From Basidiobolus meristosporus CBS 931.73 (Eukaryota; Fungi; Basidiobolomycota), in the NCBI GenBank assembly GCA_002104905.1, contig MCFE01000316.1:1-64000 (forward strand): a DNA stretch of 64,000 nucleotides. Reading direction: 5' to 3'. Shown piece after piece: positions 1-13,304 of this stretch. Positions within the stretch are counted from its first letter, which is position 1. Every line of letters begins with the position of its first letter. Below the pieces are notes generated by a model that was not told the origin of the DNA, ran no database searches, and was given only the letters and a program-made list of their open reading frames with translations. Both the position numbers and the translations under genes were made by a program.

Positions 1-507
1 GGACTTCCAATTGTCTTATATGGCAAGAAAACTTGACGGTATTTTGACGGCCTCACAGCAAGACTCTAATGACTTTTTCTTGGCAGTATGATGGCCTGCT
101 GCTGGTTCTGTATAATGCTACTTTACCAATTTACCAAATTGTATTTCCTTTTTCTACCTCCCCTTGTGCAATTTATATATTCCGCTGTAGAATCACCTTT
201 CTTTATTTGGTTACCCACTACTACCTTGGGTATTCCACATATAGTTTAAATCAAAAAAACTATGGCCTCCTGCTTACTAACCTCTACAAATGTGCACACC
301 TGCCGCTATTGACCTACTTCTATTACATCAACTTTACAGCTTTTTAGTGTGATACTTGCAAAGTTGCCATATATCTTGTACTGCTGGTAGCATATACATC
401 TAGCAAACATATGCTTGGTTGTTGCCACTTCTGCCATGAATACCTCTTGAACATTGGCAAAGAACTTCTTGGTATTTAGCCAATATATTACTTCTCCCTA
501 CTGGATT

Positions 508-2918
508 CTAGTCCCCCTTATAGGTGTGCTCTGGCTTTTGTTTGTGTGAATTCTGTATTGAATGGTGTAGAAGTTGGCTTGTAACCACAAGAAATCCGGC
601 ATATCTTGGTGGAGTTTTCCTTATAAAAATTAGTTGCTTGTTGCACCCAACCCAATTTTGCATTACTTGACTGATTACCCGCACATTGGGGCTGCTTAGC
701 TTCTTAATGCCATAGGCAAAGGTGTCTCCATGTGCACATTTGTCCTTGGTATTTTCCAACTCTTTCTGGCTGTCCTCCATGTGCCAACTCATCACATCCA
801 TGACAGACTTGAAGGTAATATTCTTGATGAGATTGGGATATGGCAGTACCTGCAACTTGACTTGTCTTCCTATCTCCCCACACATCCACTCCATAGGAAG
901 CTCCCAAAAGGTGAAGCAAGGCCCAATATTCTCCACACACTGTGAAAGATAGAGTAGAGAATGGATACAGTAGCGGCAGTGATCTACGCATTCAGCTTTG
1001 TGTTTGTATTATAGCTGCTCAAATCCCATCACAAACTCCTCACACAACAGCTGTAGATGTGTCAAGTTGGCATTGGTGATCCGCTTCTGGAAAGATATTC
1101 CTACAATGTCCACATATGACTCCCAATGCTTCCAATGTACTCTTGGTAGGAATGGCTTCAGAACACCACTTGAATAAATACATATCCAGTTCATCTAGTT
1201 GTTGCATTTGTATTGTTGCATACGTGTATGAATATTAATTGGAGCTTATAAGAAGTACTTGGGTAGTGGATACTCTATAATATCTTGCCAATTTTTTCAA
1301 ATTTCTCCGGTATCTCAAAGGGCTTGTTTAGCTTGAAATGCCCCATATACAACTTGGTCATCAGTATAGGGATATTGTTGAAAAGCAAATGCATTGCTCT
1401 CAGTGGAAAGCTTTTGCTCCAACAGATACCCTCTATCTTAAGTATCTTGGTTTCCAATTGATTCCATATTCTGGCCTACAGCTTATAGCTTGCCAACTTT
1501 GCTGCAATTGCATGCTTACTTCTGTACATTCTCTCTGTGGAAAGATGATGTTCTTAGTGCTAGTGTTTGGGTAATAATAATGTGTGTGAGTTATGGAGTA
1601 AATCCCCTGGATCTCACACATCTGACAGCAACACCATCCATTGTGCCCAGAAAAACCTGCTATCTTGCTGATGGCTGGGGTATCTCCAATGCAGATAATA
1701 ATATGCGCTTTTGCATGACAGCCATTTACCATTATCCTGCTGGAAAGCATACAAAATTCATCCCGCAACTGATACAGGTAGCTATCCAAATTGGATGGTG
1801 ATTTAGGGCCAGATACCAGTGAGACTACCATTAGATTATTGCTCTGATACTGTAAGATGGGTGGCATATTTAGATTGATGATAATCAGTGGCCAGCAGGA
1901 TTTGCTGGTAGAGTACTTGTTTAATGAGAATCCATCAAGTGCTAAAGCAAAGATGTGGTCATACATACCTTCAAAGTAGCCCTTGCTTCTTAGCTGTTTG
2001 TAATGTTTGCCATCAAATATTTTGGATATGTTTGCACTTAATTGATACTGAGTGTGGTACTGTATAGCTTTGCAATATTTGTTGGACTGCATCAGCTTCC
2101 TCAGATGGGGTATGACTGGAATATATCCGGAGTGTGAACAATGTTTTCTCTAAATGGTGGTGGATTCCTGACAATTTGGACATGTTGCAATGGTAGCTTT
2201 GTTGGATGTGAATGCCATGCAACTGTTAAGACATGCTGGAATCAGGACAGTCTCTGGATCATATGTGGCCAGCCGCATGATGGTTTTCCACTTGTACCAT
2301 GTACCTGGTAAGTTGCATCCTGACATGATTTTGGCAAGAAGTAGTAATAAATCCTCAAAGCCCCCATTACTGATATTAGTGGAAATGTGCTACTTCTCTA
2401 GCCACAACATTATATCACTTACCAGTAGTTGAATCATTCACCAGTAGATGGATTACTGGGCTCACTTGGCTCCATAAAGTATCCTTGGCATTTGTTTCAA
2501 CAGGTGTTGTCTCATTGCATATTGGGATTTGACTGGGCTCATACGTGGTACTGTTGTTAGGGGAGATAGGTTCAAGATCCATCAGTGAACCTTCTTTGTC
2601 AGAGCTATCACTCTGCGTGCCATATTCAGAAGGCTGAGGTGAGCCTGAAGGCATCACAAACTCACCTGACTCAGTTTGCACAAGGTGACAAAGACAGCCA
2701 GGTGCCAATGTAGAAGTATCAACTGGCCAGCAAGATAATGTTGGTACAGTAGTAACCAATGAATGGTCAAATATGACTTGGGTGGCAAACCACTGGCCAT
2801 GATCCTTGTAATACTTCCTATGCTGTCTGCATGCTTCATGGCTGAGAGGCTTGCTACAACAGCCACATGGTCTTTTTTCTCTTCTCCTATGGTGTTGAGT
2901 CAAAGTAGTCTTGTCCAT
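508..2918 (-). pseudogene. CACTA/EnSpm (Transposase_21/Tnp2 plus DUF4218-like) transposase, decayed
   Basis: Motifs LALDG..S.WP...NLNMPP...GPKSPSNLDSYL, IGDTPAISKIAGFSGHNG..C..C, and H.LLHLAWCVENIGP..FWE.PME..CG. Starts MDKTT at 2918. Stops and a 19-bp frameshifting duplication at 2414-2451. A further C-terminal segment (FFANVQEVF..HMFARC) continues below 508 in a shifted frame. Confidence 0.88.
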
Positions 2919-3140
2919 GGGGCAAACAGTTTGACCTTCAACAGTGTAACGCTATTATAACACTTTTTAGTCAATACCCATGTGCACTTAAGACAGTCTT
3001 GTATTTGAGAAATTGCACCTACATGAATGTAAGATTCAATGATGACCCACCATAGTAAGCATTATAAATAAAGTTGTGGCACCACATACATATGTATATG
3101 TAACACTATTTCCCCTTTGGTTTGACTCACTTCCATATAT

Positions 3141-4949
3141 ATGCCACCAAAAAATAAAGCAAAGTTGTCTGGTTCTCAACCAAACCCCACCACTGATGGC
3201 AACAGAAGAATGGTTGGACAACAGCTTGATTTGACATTCAGTGCAACAAGTTGGGCTACATCCAAAAAAGGCCCTGTGGACAGTGTGCCCATTGAAGGTA
3301 ATAATGCAGACTCCTCAGACTCTCAGTCAAGTAGGCAATTGAGAACCTCTGCAGAGCCACAAGCTGACCATTATGCTCAGGCAGATAAGAATGTAGCAAA
3401 CGCAGTACCCTCTGCTGAAGATCAGCAAGTGGCCACAATAACATCACCACCACCCATATTAGCAAGTATGTTGTCAGCTCATACCAAAGCATTAATGAAG
3501 CAATTAGGTGCAGTAGCTGATAGGATAGATGCAATGGCCCAGAGAAATCAGGAAGTAGTCCATAAACAGGATGAGCGGATAATACTTGTGGAGCAATCAA
3601 TATCCCAGGTAGAGAAAGCAGTATCTTTGCTGCAAAGAAGGAACTCAAGTAGCTCAATGTCACAGCAAAGAATTGAGCCATTTCCCAATGTAACAGCAGA
3701 GGAACAACATACAGTCCTTGAAGCACAACAACAGTGCCCAAAGATAAAGCCCACAGAAAAACCTATCACAGCACGGGAGGGAGACAATGTGATGTTTATA
3801 CCAAAGCCTAAAAATCAAAAGACATTGAAGATCTGTGAAGCCATTGAGTGCAATAATGAAGAGTGGGCTAATATACAAGAGGCTGTCAGAAGTCTAGCAC
3901 ACCATCAACTTGAGGCCGGCATACTATGGGACCATCAGGAACTCAAGGCCAAGCAGAATGCACTTGACTTGTTCCATGAGCATTATCCTGGATTCAAATG
4001 GACAAACAGATTTTGGGCCAGCATTGGTATGCTAAGAAAGTATCTTAAGAATAGCAGAAACTATCAAAGGCAGAAGAACAAGGGTGCCATGGCTAAAAAC
4101 CAGTGGCTTCCTCAGGAGCCTGTTACAAGCAGGGCCAAAAGCTCCAGACAAGCATCAAAGAGACGTCAGGCAGCTGGAAGAGTGCCAATTAAGGACAAGC
4201 AAAGTAGTAGTGGAAGACCTGGCAGTGATAGAGGAAAATGTAAAGGGAAAAATGTCTACCCAAGCCTGAGACAGTGAGGTATGCAAAAAAAACTGCAGTT
4301 CTTGCCAATTACCACCGCAAGCCAGGAACAGACTGAATCCCATCATAGTCAAGAAGAATTACCAACAGGAAAACAGCTGTTCTCATAAGAGTTAGAAGTG
4401 CAGCCAGTTGAACTACACTCCAGCAAGGTAGATGAGTTTGCTGAAAAAGGCAATTTGTCTACCACAGCCTCCACAGCCTCCACAGCCTCCACAGCCTCCA
4501 TTGTTGACAGAGTGGAGATCCCACTGACAGACAAGGCTACAACATCAAGAGCTCAAAAGACTAACACAATGCCTTCAGTGGAGTTTTGGAACACTAATAG
4601 GCACACCAAGAGGTTGCAGCACTTCTTCAAGAGCAGTGCTCAAGAAAATGCACTGGTATATTGCAAAGATTTATTGCAAAAACTGGCAGATGAAGAGGTA
4701 GACCTTGCAGTGCCGGTTGAAGAACAGGATGTGTGGAAACCAGTGATTGAGCAGTGGCATAAAGCAGTTGGGTTCCCACCAAAGTTGTGGAACCAGAGCG
4801 TTACAGCAGAAATACTTATTGAGTGGTGGATTTTAATGGAGCTACTTATTGAGTGTGGGGTTGGGCTTAATGTTAGTGTAGGGTATAGAGACTTGTATAG
4901 GTCAATACAATTGGCAATTGAGGTACAACTGAAGTTTCAACGGAAATAA
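3141..4949 (+). pseudogene. CACTA-associated ORF2 (~602 codons), unknown function
   Basis: ORFs 3141-4277 and 4398-4949 are in the same frame, split only by TGA 4275 and TAA 4386 (copy E2 has CAA at the latter). Homologous starts and ends occur in four other copies. Confidence 0.8.
4464..4499 (+). repeat. (ACAGCCTCC)x4 tandem repeat encoding TAS x4 in ORF2
   Basis: Read directly. Homologous sites near 26190 and 41960 have only two units. Confidence 0.9.
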
Positions 4950-7900
4950 ATCAATTTGTACGCACAAAAAGTAAGAGAAATGGTTGAGTTAGGAAGTAAG
5001 GGGTGTGAAAAAGAGGCAATAGCCAATCAATTCACACAAATGTAGGAGGCAATAGAGTGTCCAGGATTGGAAAGTGAGCAAATTAGCAGGGAACCAATAA
5101 AAAGCCACTTATACATTGTTGTGATGAAAAATTTTGACAAAGTTTTTTGTGAAATCTGGGGTGCAATTATTTTTCAATGGTCTCTGGATGGTGTCCTAAC
5201 AAGATCAGTGCCTCTCAGCCATGGGACATTAACTTTGTGATTACCTCTTGACAGGATTATCTCAATAATTTTTCATAGAGATTATCTTGCTGGCCAGTTG
5301 ATACTGCTATATTGGCACCAGGCTGTCTTTGTCACCTTGCACAAACTGGGTCAGGTGAGTTTATGATGCCTTTAGGCTCACCTCAGCCTTCTGAATATGG
5401 CACGCAGAGTGATAGATCAGATGAAGAAGGTTCACTGATGGATTGTGAGCCTATCTCCCCTGACAGCAGTACCATTTATGAGCCTGGTCACATCCCAATA
5501 TTTAATAAGACATCAATCATTGAAACAAATGTCAAGGATACTTTATGGAGCCAAGTGAGCCCAGTAATTCAACTACTGGTAAGTGATATAATGTTGTGGC
5601 TAGAGAAGTAGCACATTTCCACTAATATCAGTAATGGGGGCTTTGAGGATTTATTACTACTTCTTGCCAAAATCATTCCAGGATGCAACTTGCCATGTAC
5701 ATGGTACAAGTGGGCAACTGTTATACAGCTGGCAACATATGATACAGAGACTGTCCTGATTCCAGCATGTGTTAACAGTTGCATGGCATTTGCATCCAAA
5801 AATACTACCATTGCAACATGTCCAAATTGTTACAAATCCACCACCATTGAGGGAAAACATCATTCACACTCCTGATATATTCCAGTAATTCCCCATCTAA
5901 GGAAGCTGATGCAGTCCAACAGTTATTGCAAAGCTATATAATACTACATTCAGTATCAATCAAGCACAAACATATCCAATACATTCAATGGCAAACATTA
6001 CAACCAACTGAGATGCAAGAGCTACTTTGAAGGTATGTATGACCATGCCTTTGCCTAAGCACTTGATGGATCCTCATTGAACAAGTACTCTACCAGCAAA
6101 TTCTACTAGTCACTGGTTCTCATCATTCTGAATCTGCTGCCCATCCTGCAGTATCAGAGCAATAATCTGATGGTAGTGTTGCTGGTATCTGAGCCTAAGT
6201 CACCATCCAACCAGAATAGCTACCTGTATCAGTTGCGGGATGAATCTTGTATGCTTTCCAGCAGGATAAAGGTAAATGGCCATCATGTAAAAGTGCATAT
6301 TACAATCTTCATTGGAGATACCCCAGCCATCAGTAAGAGAGCAGGTTTTTCCAAGCACAATGGATGGTATTACTGCCAAATGTGTGAGATCCAGGGGATT
6401 TACTCCATAACTCACACACATTATTATTACCCAAACACCAGCACTAAGAACATCATCTTTCCACAGAGAGAATGTACAGAAGTCAGCGTGCAGTTCCAGC
6501 AAAGTTGGCAAGTTATAAGCCATTGGGCAGAATATGGGATCAATTGGAAACTGGAGATACTGAAGATAGAGGGTATGTGTTGGAGCAAATGCCTTCCATT
6601 GGGAGCAATGCATTTGCTTTTCATCAATATCCAAATACTGATGACCAAGTTGTACATTGAGCATTTCAGGCTAAATGAGCCCTTCAAGATACTGGAAAAT
6701 TTGAAAGAATTGGCAAGATACTACAGAATATTTACTACCCTAAGTACTTCTCATGGACTCCAATCAATATTTATATGCATACACAACAATACAAACCCTA
6801 TGAAAATAATTTGGTCCCACAGGTGGATCCAATCTGGAATAGTTGTCAAGATCCTGTTTAGAGACCATCATAATAACAGCAGCTTGGAATTAGTGACCCT
6901 CCCAACAATCTTATGAAAAGATCATGAGGGTGTTTTGCTAACTTTACAACCAAATAAAGGGATAATACTTGACAATATTTGCATGGTATTGTTGGGGTCT
7001 TTCAGCGCTCTATAACTATTTTATGTGGATCCAGTTGGCCAGGACTTCCCATTGCCTTATATGGCAAGAAACTTGATAGTATTTTGATGGCCTCACAGCA
7101 CAACTCTGATGGCATTATATTGGCAGTATAATGGCCTACTGCTGGTTCTGTATACTGCTACTGTACCAATTTACCAAATGGTATTTTCTTTTTCTACCTC
7201 CCCTTGTGCAATTCATATATTCCACTGTAGAATCACCTTTCTTTATTTGCTTACCCACTACTACCTTGGGTATTCCACATAGAGTTTGAATCAAAAAAAC
7301 ATGGCCTCCTGCTTACTAACCTCTACAAATGCGCACACCTGCCACTATTGACCTACTTCTATCACCTCAACTTTACGGCTTTTTAGTGTGATACTTGCAA
7401 AGTTGCCATATACCTTGCACAGCTGGTAACATATATATCTTACAAATATATGCTTGGTTGTTGCCACTTCTGCCATGAATACCTCCTGAATATTTGCAAA
7501 GAACTTCTTGGTATTTAGCCAATGTATTACTTCTCCCTACTGGATTCTAGTCCCCCTTATAGGTGTGCTCTGGCTTTTGTTTGTGTGAATTCCATATTGA
7601 ATGGTGTAGATGTTGGCTTGTGGCTATGAAAAATCCAGTATATCTTGGTAGAGTTTTTCTGATAAAAATTAGTTGCTTGTTGCACCCAACCCAACTTTGC
7701 ATTACTTAACTGATTACCCATGCATTGGGGCTGCATAGCTTCTTAATGCCATAGGCATAGGTGTCTTCATGTGCACATTTGTCCTTGGTATTTTCCAACT
7801 CTTTCTGGCTGTCCTCCATGTGCCAACTCATCACATCCATGAAGGACTTGAAGGTAATATTCTTGATGAGATAGGGATATGGTAGTAACTGCAACTTGAC

Positions 7901-9317
7901 TTGTCTTCCTATCTCCCCACACATCTGCTCCATAGGAAACTCCCAAAAGGTGAAGCAAGGCCCAATATTCTCCACACACCATGCAAGATGGAGTAGAAAA
8001 TGGATACAGTAGTGGCAGAGATCTACACATTCAGCTTTATGTTTGTTATATAGCCGCTCCAATCTTGTCACAAACTCCTCACACAACAGCTGCAGATGTG
8101 TCAAGTTGGCATTGGTGATCCGCTTCTGGAAAAGTATTCTTACAATGTCCACATATGACCCTCAATGCTACTAATGTACTCTTGGTAGGAATGGCTTCAG
8201 AACACCTCCTGAATAAATACATATCCAGTTCATCCAGTGTTTGCATTTGTGTTGTTGCATATGCATATGAATGTTAATTGGAGCCCATGAGAAGTACTCA
8301 GGGTAGTGGATACTTGGTAGTTTATTGCCAATTCTTTCAAATTTCTCCAGTATCTCAAAGGGCTCATTTAGCTTGAAATGCCCCATGTACAACTTGGTTG
8401 TCAGTATAGGGATATTGTTGAAAAGCAAATGCATTGCTCCTAGTGGAAAGCTTTTGCTCCAACAGATACCCTCCATCTTAAGTATCTCCAGTTTCCAGTT
8501 GATTCCATATTCTGGCCAATGGCTTATAGCTTGCCAACTTTGCTGCAATTGCATGCTTGCTTCTGTACATTTTCTCTGTGGAAAGATGATGCTCTTAGTG
8601 CTGGTGTTTGGGTAATAATAATGTGTGTGAGTTATGGAGTAAATCCCCTGGATCTCACACATTTGACAGCAATACTGTCCATTGTGCCCAGAAAAACCTG
8701 CTATCTTGCTGATGGCTGGGGTATCTCCAATGAAGATAGTAATATGCGCTTTTACATGATGGCCATTTACCTTTATCCTGCTGGAAAGCATACAAAATTC
8801 ATCCCGCAACTGATACAGGTAGCTATCCTGGTTGGATGGTGACTCTGGCTCAGATACCAGCAACACTATCATCAGATTATATCTCTGATACTGTAGGATG
8901 GGTGGCAAACTCAGAATGATGAGAACCAGTGGCCAGTAGGATTTGCTGGTAGAGTACTTGTTTAATGAGAATTCATCAAGTGCTTAGGCAAAGGCATGGT
9001 CATACATACCTTCAAAGTAGCTCTTGCATCTTAGCTGTTTGTAATGTCTACCATTGAAAATATTGGATATGTTTGCGCTTGATTAATATTAAGTGCGGTA
9101 CTGTATAGCTTTGCAATATTTGTTGGACTGCATCAGCTTCCTTAGATGGGGAATTACCGGAATATATCAGGAGTGGTAATGATGTTGTCCCTCAATGGTG
9201 GTGGATTCCTAGCAATTTGGACATATTGCAATGGTAGTAATTTTGGATGTGAATGCCATGCAACTGTTAACACATGCTTGAATCAGGACAGTCTCTGGAT
9301 CATATGTTGCCAGTTGC

Positions 9318-10394
9318 TGTGGTGGTGTATAAGTCCAAGGGAGAGATACTTACAACACTTCTCTAGTGTTTTGTGAGTGGGGTGTTCACTGGGTGCAATA
9401 ACCTCTGGCAAAAGCATGCTAGGAATACTTGGGTTCTGTCTTTAATATAATGTGATGGGGAATAAAGCCACAAGCTTGTCAGGGGAAAACTAATGAGCTA
9501 CAATCCCCAACTTAGGTGGCATCTTAACAAAAGTATGTGCTGGGTTCAGCATCCTTTGAGATGACAGTGTACTAAAGCTTCCAGAGTCAAAACAACTGTA
9601 AACTCCACCAGCAGTGACTTGATAAGAATGCAGCATTGACCAATAGTTACAAAGACAGAAAAGTATCTTTGCCTGTACAAGAACAAACTTGGGAAACAAT
9701 CAAATATAACAAAAGATACCTACTCAGAGTAGATTAGTGAGATCACCGCTACCTATCACCACTACTTTCTGACTCAGACCTGACAATACTCCCAGGAAAC
9801 TGTGCTGACAGCCAATTGACCTTGGAGGCACTACTTGTGAGGAATACTCAGAGTAGGTATATTCTATTATATTTGATTGTTTTCCCAAGTTTGTTCTTGT
9901 ACAGGCAAAGATACTTTTCAGTCTTTGTAACTATTGGTCAAAGCTCCATTCTTATAAAGTCACTGTTGGTGGAGTTTACAGTTGTTTTGACTTTGGAAGC
10001 TTTAGTACATTGTCATCTCAAAGGATATTGAAGCCATTATAAACTTTTGTTAAGATGCCAACTAAGTTGCGGATTGTAGTTCAATAGTTTTCCCTTGACA
10101 AGCTTGAGGCTTTAGCACCCTTCACATTAGATTAGACAAAAGATCCAGTATTCCTAGCAAGCTCTTGTCAGAGGTCATTGTACACAGTGGACACCCCACA
10201 CACATTCACACTTGAGAAGTGTTGGCCATATTTTGCCCTTTGGACTTATACACCACCACACCGGCTTATGGGATAGTACTGATCAGGTAAGACAAATGGG
10301 ATAAAACTAAAATAAGTGTAGTAGAGAAAATAGGAAAATAGAAAATATAGGAATGAGCACATCTGTCAGTGGGTGTCACTGTGAACCCACTATA
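9318..10394 (-). mobile_element. Gypsy-type solo LTR whose middle is replaced by an inverted 3' half-LTR (~412 bp inverted arms)
   Basis: 10264-10394 and 9318-9729 are reverse-complement homologs of the two ends of LTR 15109-16169, and 9730-10260 is a forward copy of its 3' half. Degenerate 4-bp TSD TTGC/CCTC, where the uninserted site in copy A is CCGC. Confidence 0.7.
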
Positions 10395-10692
10395 CCTCAT
10401 GATGGTTATACACTTGTACCGTGTACATAGTAAGTTGCATCCTGGTATGATTTTGGCAAGAAGTAGTAATAAATCCTCAAAGCCCCCATTACTGGTATTA
10501 ATGGAAACACACCACCTCTCTAGCCACAACATTACATCATTCTCCAGTAGATGGACTACTGGGCTTGCTTGGCTCCATAAAGTATCCTTGGCATTATATC
10601 AACTGGTATTGTCTCATTGCATATAGGGACTTGACTGGGCACATACATGGTACTGTTGTTAGGGGAGATGGGCACAAAATCCATCAGTGAAC

Positions 10693-11063
10693 TGTTGCAA
10701 TTTAAGAAGTGATTTGGATATAAGGAACTTATCAAGAAATAGTGATAATAGTTGAACTGTTGTTTATTCATAAAGAAGCTCAGTATTTATACCTTTGTAG
10801 AAGTAATACAGCTGCAACACTAAGTAGGGAGGGTTTCTCAATATTCAGGAGCATTCTGTAACAGTTTCAGGGTTAGTACATAATGTTTGGTAATAGTGCT
10901 AATTTGATCCTGACTATAGGGGAATAATCATAAGATCATATATCTGGAGAAAGTGGCAAAGTTAAGGTGGTAAATGAGTCCTACAGTGTGACTAAGACTA
11001 GGCTAGAATTGTTAAGTAAATTTTTAGCTGCTGAATGATACCAAATAGTTCAATATTTCAACA
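10693..11063 (-). mobile_element. Ty1/Copia solo LTR (371 bp)
   Basis: TGTTG...CAACA termini and a perfect 5-bp TSD TGAAC (10688-92 / 11064-68), with the empty site seen in copy A near 2586. The same LTR flanks copia gag at 28381-28577 and 35744-36010. Confidence 0.93.
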
Positions 11064-11616
11064 TGAACCTTCTTTGTCAGTGCTATCACTCTGCATGCCA
11101 TATTCAGAAGGCTGAGGTGAGCCTGAAGGCATCACAAAATCACCTGACTCAGTTTGTGCAAGGTGACAAAGATGGCCAGGTGCTAATATAGAAATATCAA
11201 TTGCTGGCAAGATAGTGTTGGTACAGTAGTAACCAATGAATGGTCAAATATGACTTGAGTAATAAAACACTAGCCATGATCCTTGTAATACTTCCTATGC
11301 TGTCTTGTGCTTCATGACTGAGAGGCTTGCCACAATAGCCATATAGTCTTTGTTCTCTTCTCTCATGGCGTTGAGTCAAAGTAGTCTTGTCCATGGGGTA
11401 AACAGTTTGACCTTCAACAACATAGCTTTATTATATCAGTTTTTGGTCAATACTCATGTGAACTTAAGACAGTCTTGTATTTGAGACATTATGCCTACAT
11501 GAATGTAAGATTCAATGATGACCCTCCATAGTAAGCATTATAAATAAAGTTGTGGCACCACATATACACATATATGTAATACTATATCCCCTTTGGTTTG
11601 ACTCACTTCCATATAC

Positions 11617-13304
11617 ATGCCGCTAAAAAATAGAGCAAAGTTGTCTGGTTCTCAACCAAACCCCACCACTGACAGCAAATGAAGAATGGTTGGACAACAG
11701 CTTGCTTTGACATCCAGTGCAACATGCAGGGCTACATCCAAAAAAGGCCCTGTGGACAGTGTGCCCATTGAAGGTAATAATGCAGACTCCTCAGACTCTC
11801 AGTCAAGTAGGCAATTTAGAACCTCTGCAGAGCCACATTCTGACCATTATGCTCAGGCAGATGAGAATGTAGTAAGTACAGTACCCTCAGTTGAAGATCA
11901 GCAAGTGGCCATGATAACTTAACCACCACCCATATTAGCAAGTGTGTTGTCAGCTCACACCAAAGCATTAATGAAGCAATTAGGTGCAGTGGTTGATGGG
12001 ATAGATGAAATGGCCCAGAGAAATCAGAAAATAGTCCAGAAACAGGATGAGTGGACAATACATGTAGAGCAATCAATATCCCAGGTAGAGAAAGCAGTAT
12101 CTTTGCTGCAAAGTAGAAACTCAAGTAGCTCAATGTCACAGCAAAGAATTGACCCATTTCTTGATGTAACAGCAGAGGAACACTGTACAGTCTTTGAAGT
12201 ACAGCTACAGTGCCCAAAGATAAAGCCCAAAGAAAAACCTATCACAGCATGGGAGGGAGACAATGTGGTGTTTGTACCAAAGCCTAAATATCTAAAGACA
12301 TTGAAGATCCATGAAGCTGTTGAGTGCAATAATGAAGAGTGGGCTAATGTATAAGAGGCCATCAGAAGTCTAGCACACCATCACCTTGAGGCCGGTATAC
12401 CATGGGACCATCATGAACTCAAGGCCAAGCAGAATGCACTTGACTTGTTCTATGAGCATTATCCTGGATTCAAATGGACAAACAGATTTTGGGCCAGCAT
12501 TGGTATGCTAAGAAAGTATCTTAAGAATAGCAGAAACTATCAATGGCAGAAGAACAAGGGTGCCATGGCTAAAAGCCAGAGGCTTCCTCAAGAGCCTGTT
12601 ACAAGCAGGGCCAAACACTCTAGACAAGCTTCAAAGAGACTTCAGGCTGCTGGAAGAGTGCCAATTAGGATCAAGCAGGCAGACATAGATGCACCAGCAC
12701 AACATTTATCAAGGAAGAAGTGTAGTACCACTAAAGAAGCACCCAGTCAAAGTAGCAGTGAAGGACCTGGCAGTGATAGAAACCAGCCGCCTCTATAGGA
12801 GCCTGTCACAACTACGGTTAAGAGCTCAAAACAAGTAGAAAAGAAACATCAGGCTGCCAGAAGAGTGCCAGCAAGGGACAAGCAGACCAAAAACAAATGC
12901 TTCAGAGCAGAATTTACCCAAGAGAAAACGTAGTTCTTTACAAGAAGCAATCAGGGGAAGTAGCAGTGAAAGACCTGGCAGTGATAAAGGAAAGGTAAAG
13001 AAAACACACTGGAATATTGCAAGGATTTATTGCTAAGACAGGCAGATGAGGAGCTAGACCTTGCAATGCTGGCTGAAGACCAGGAGGTGTGGGAACTAGT
13101 GAATGAACAGTAGCAAAAAGCTGTTGGGTTCCCGCCAAAGTTGTGGGACCAGAACATTACAGCAAAAATACTGTAGAGTGGTGAATTTTAATGGAGTTAC
13201 TTGCTGAGTGTGGGGTTGGGCTTAATGTTAGTGTGGGGTATAGAGACTTGTATAGGTCAATACAATTGGCAATTGAGGTACAAGTGAAGTGTCAACAGAA
13301 ATAA
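11617..13304 (+). pseudogene. CACTA ORF2 of copy C/D
   Basis: ATGCCGCTAAAAAAT start homologous to 3141. Has internal stops, two ~210-bp internal repeats and one deletion relative to copy A. Confidence 0.8.

Larger units (their letters stand above)
1..5280. mobile_element. CACTA/EnSpm-type DNA transposon, copy A (left end ~250 bp outside the window; right terminus ...TAATTTTTCATAGAG at 5280)
   Basis: Carries the Tnp2-type transposase on - and ORF2 on +. Position 1 aligns to 7042 of copy C/D, whose left end is 6796. The right end matches the copy C/D terminus at 13634 with one G>A. Confidence 0.85.
7548..11394 (-). pseudogene. CACTA transposase of copy C/D, split by two solo-LTR insertions
   Basis: MDKTT start at 11394. 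ORFs 8171-8908 and 7706-8152 are near-identical to the copy A transposase. Confidence 0.85.
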
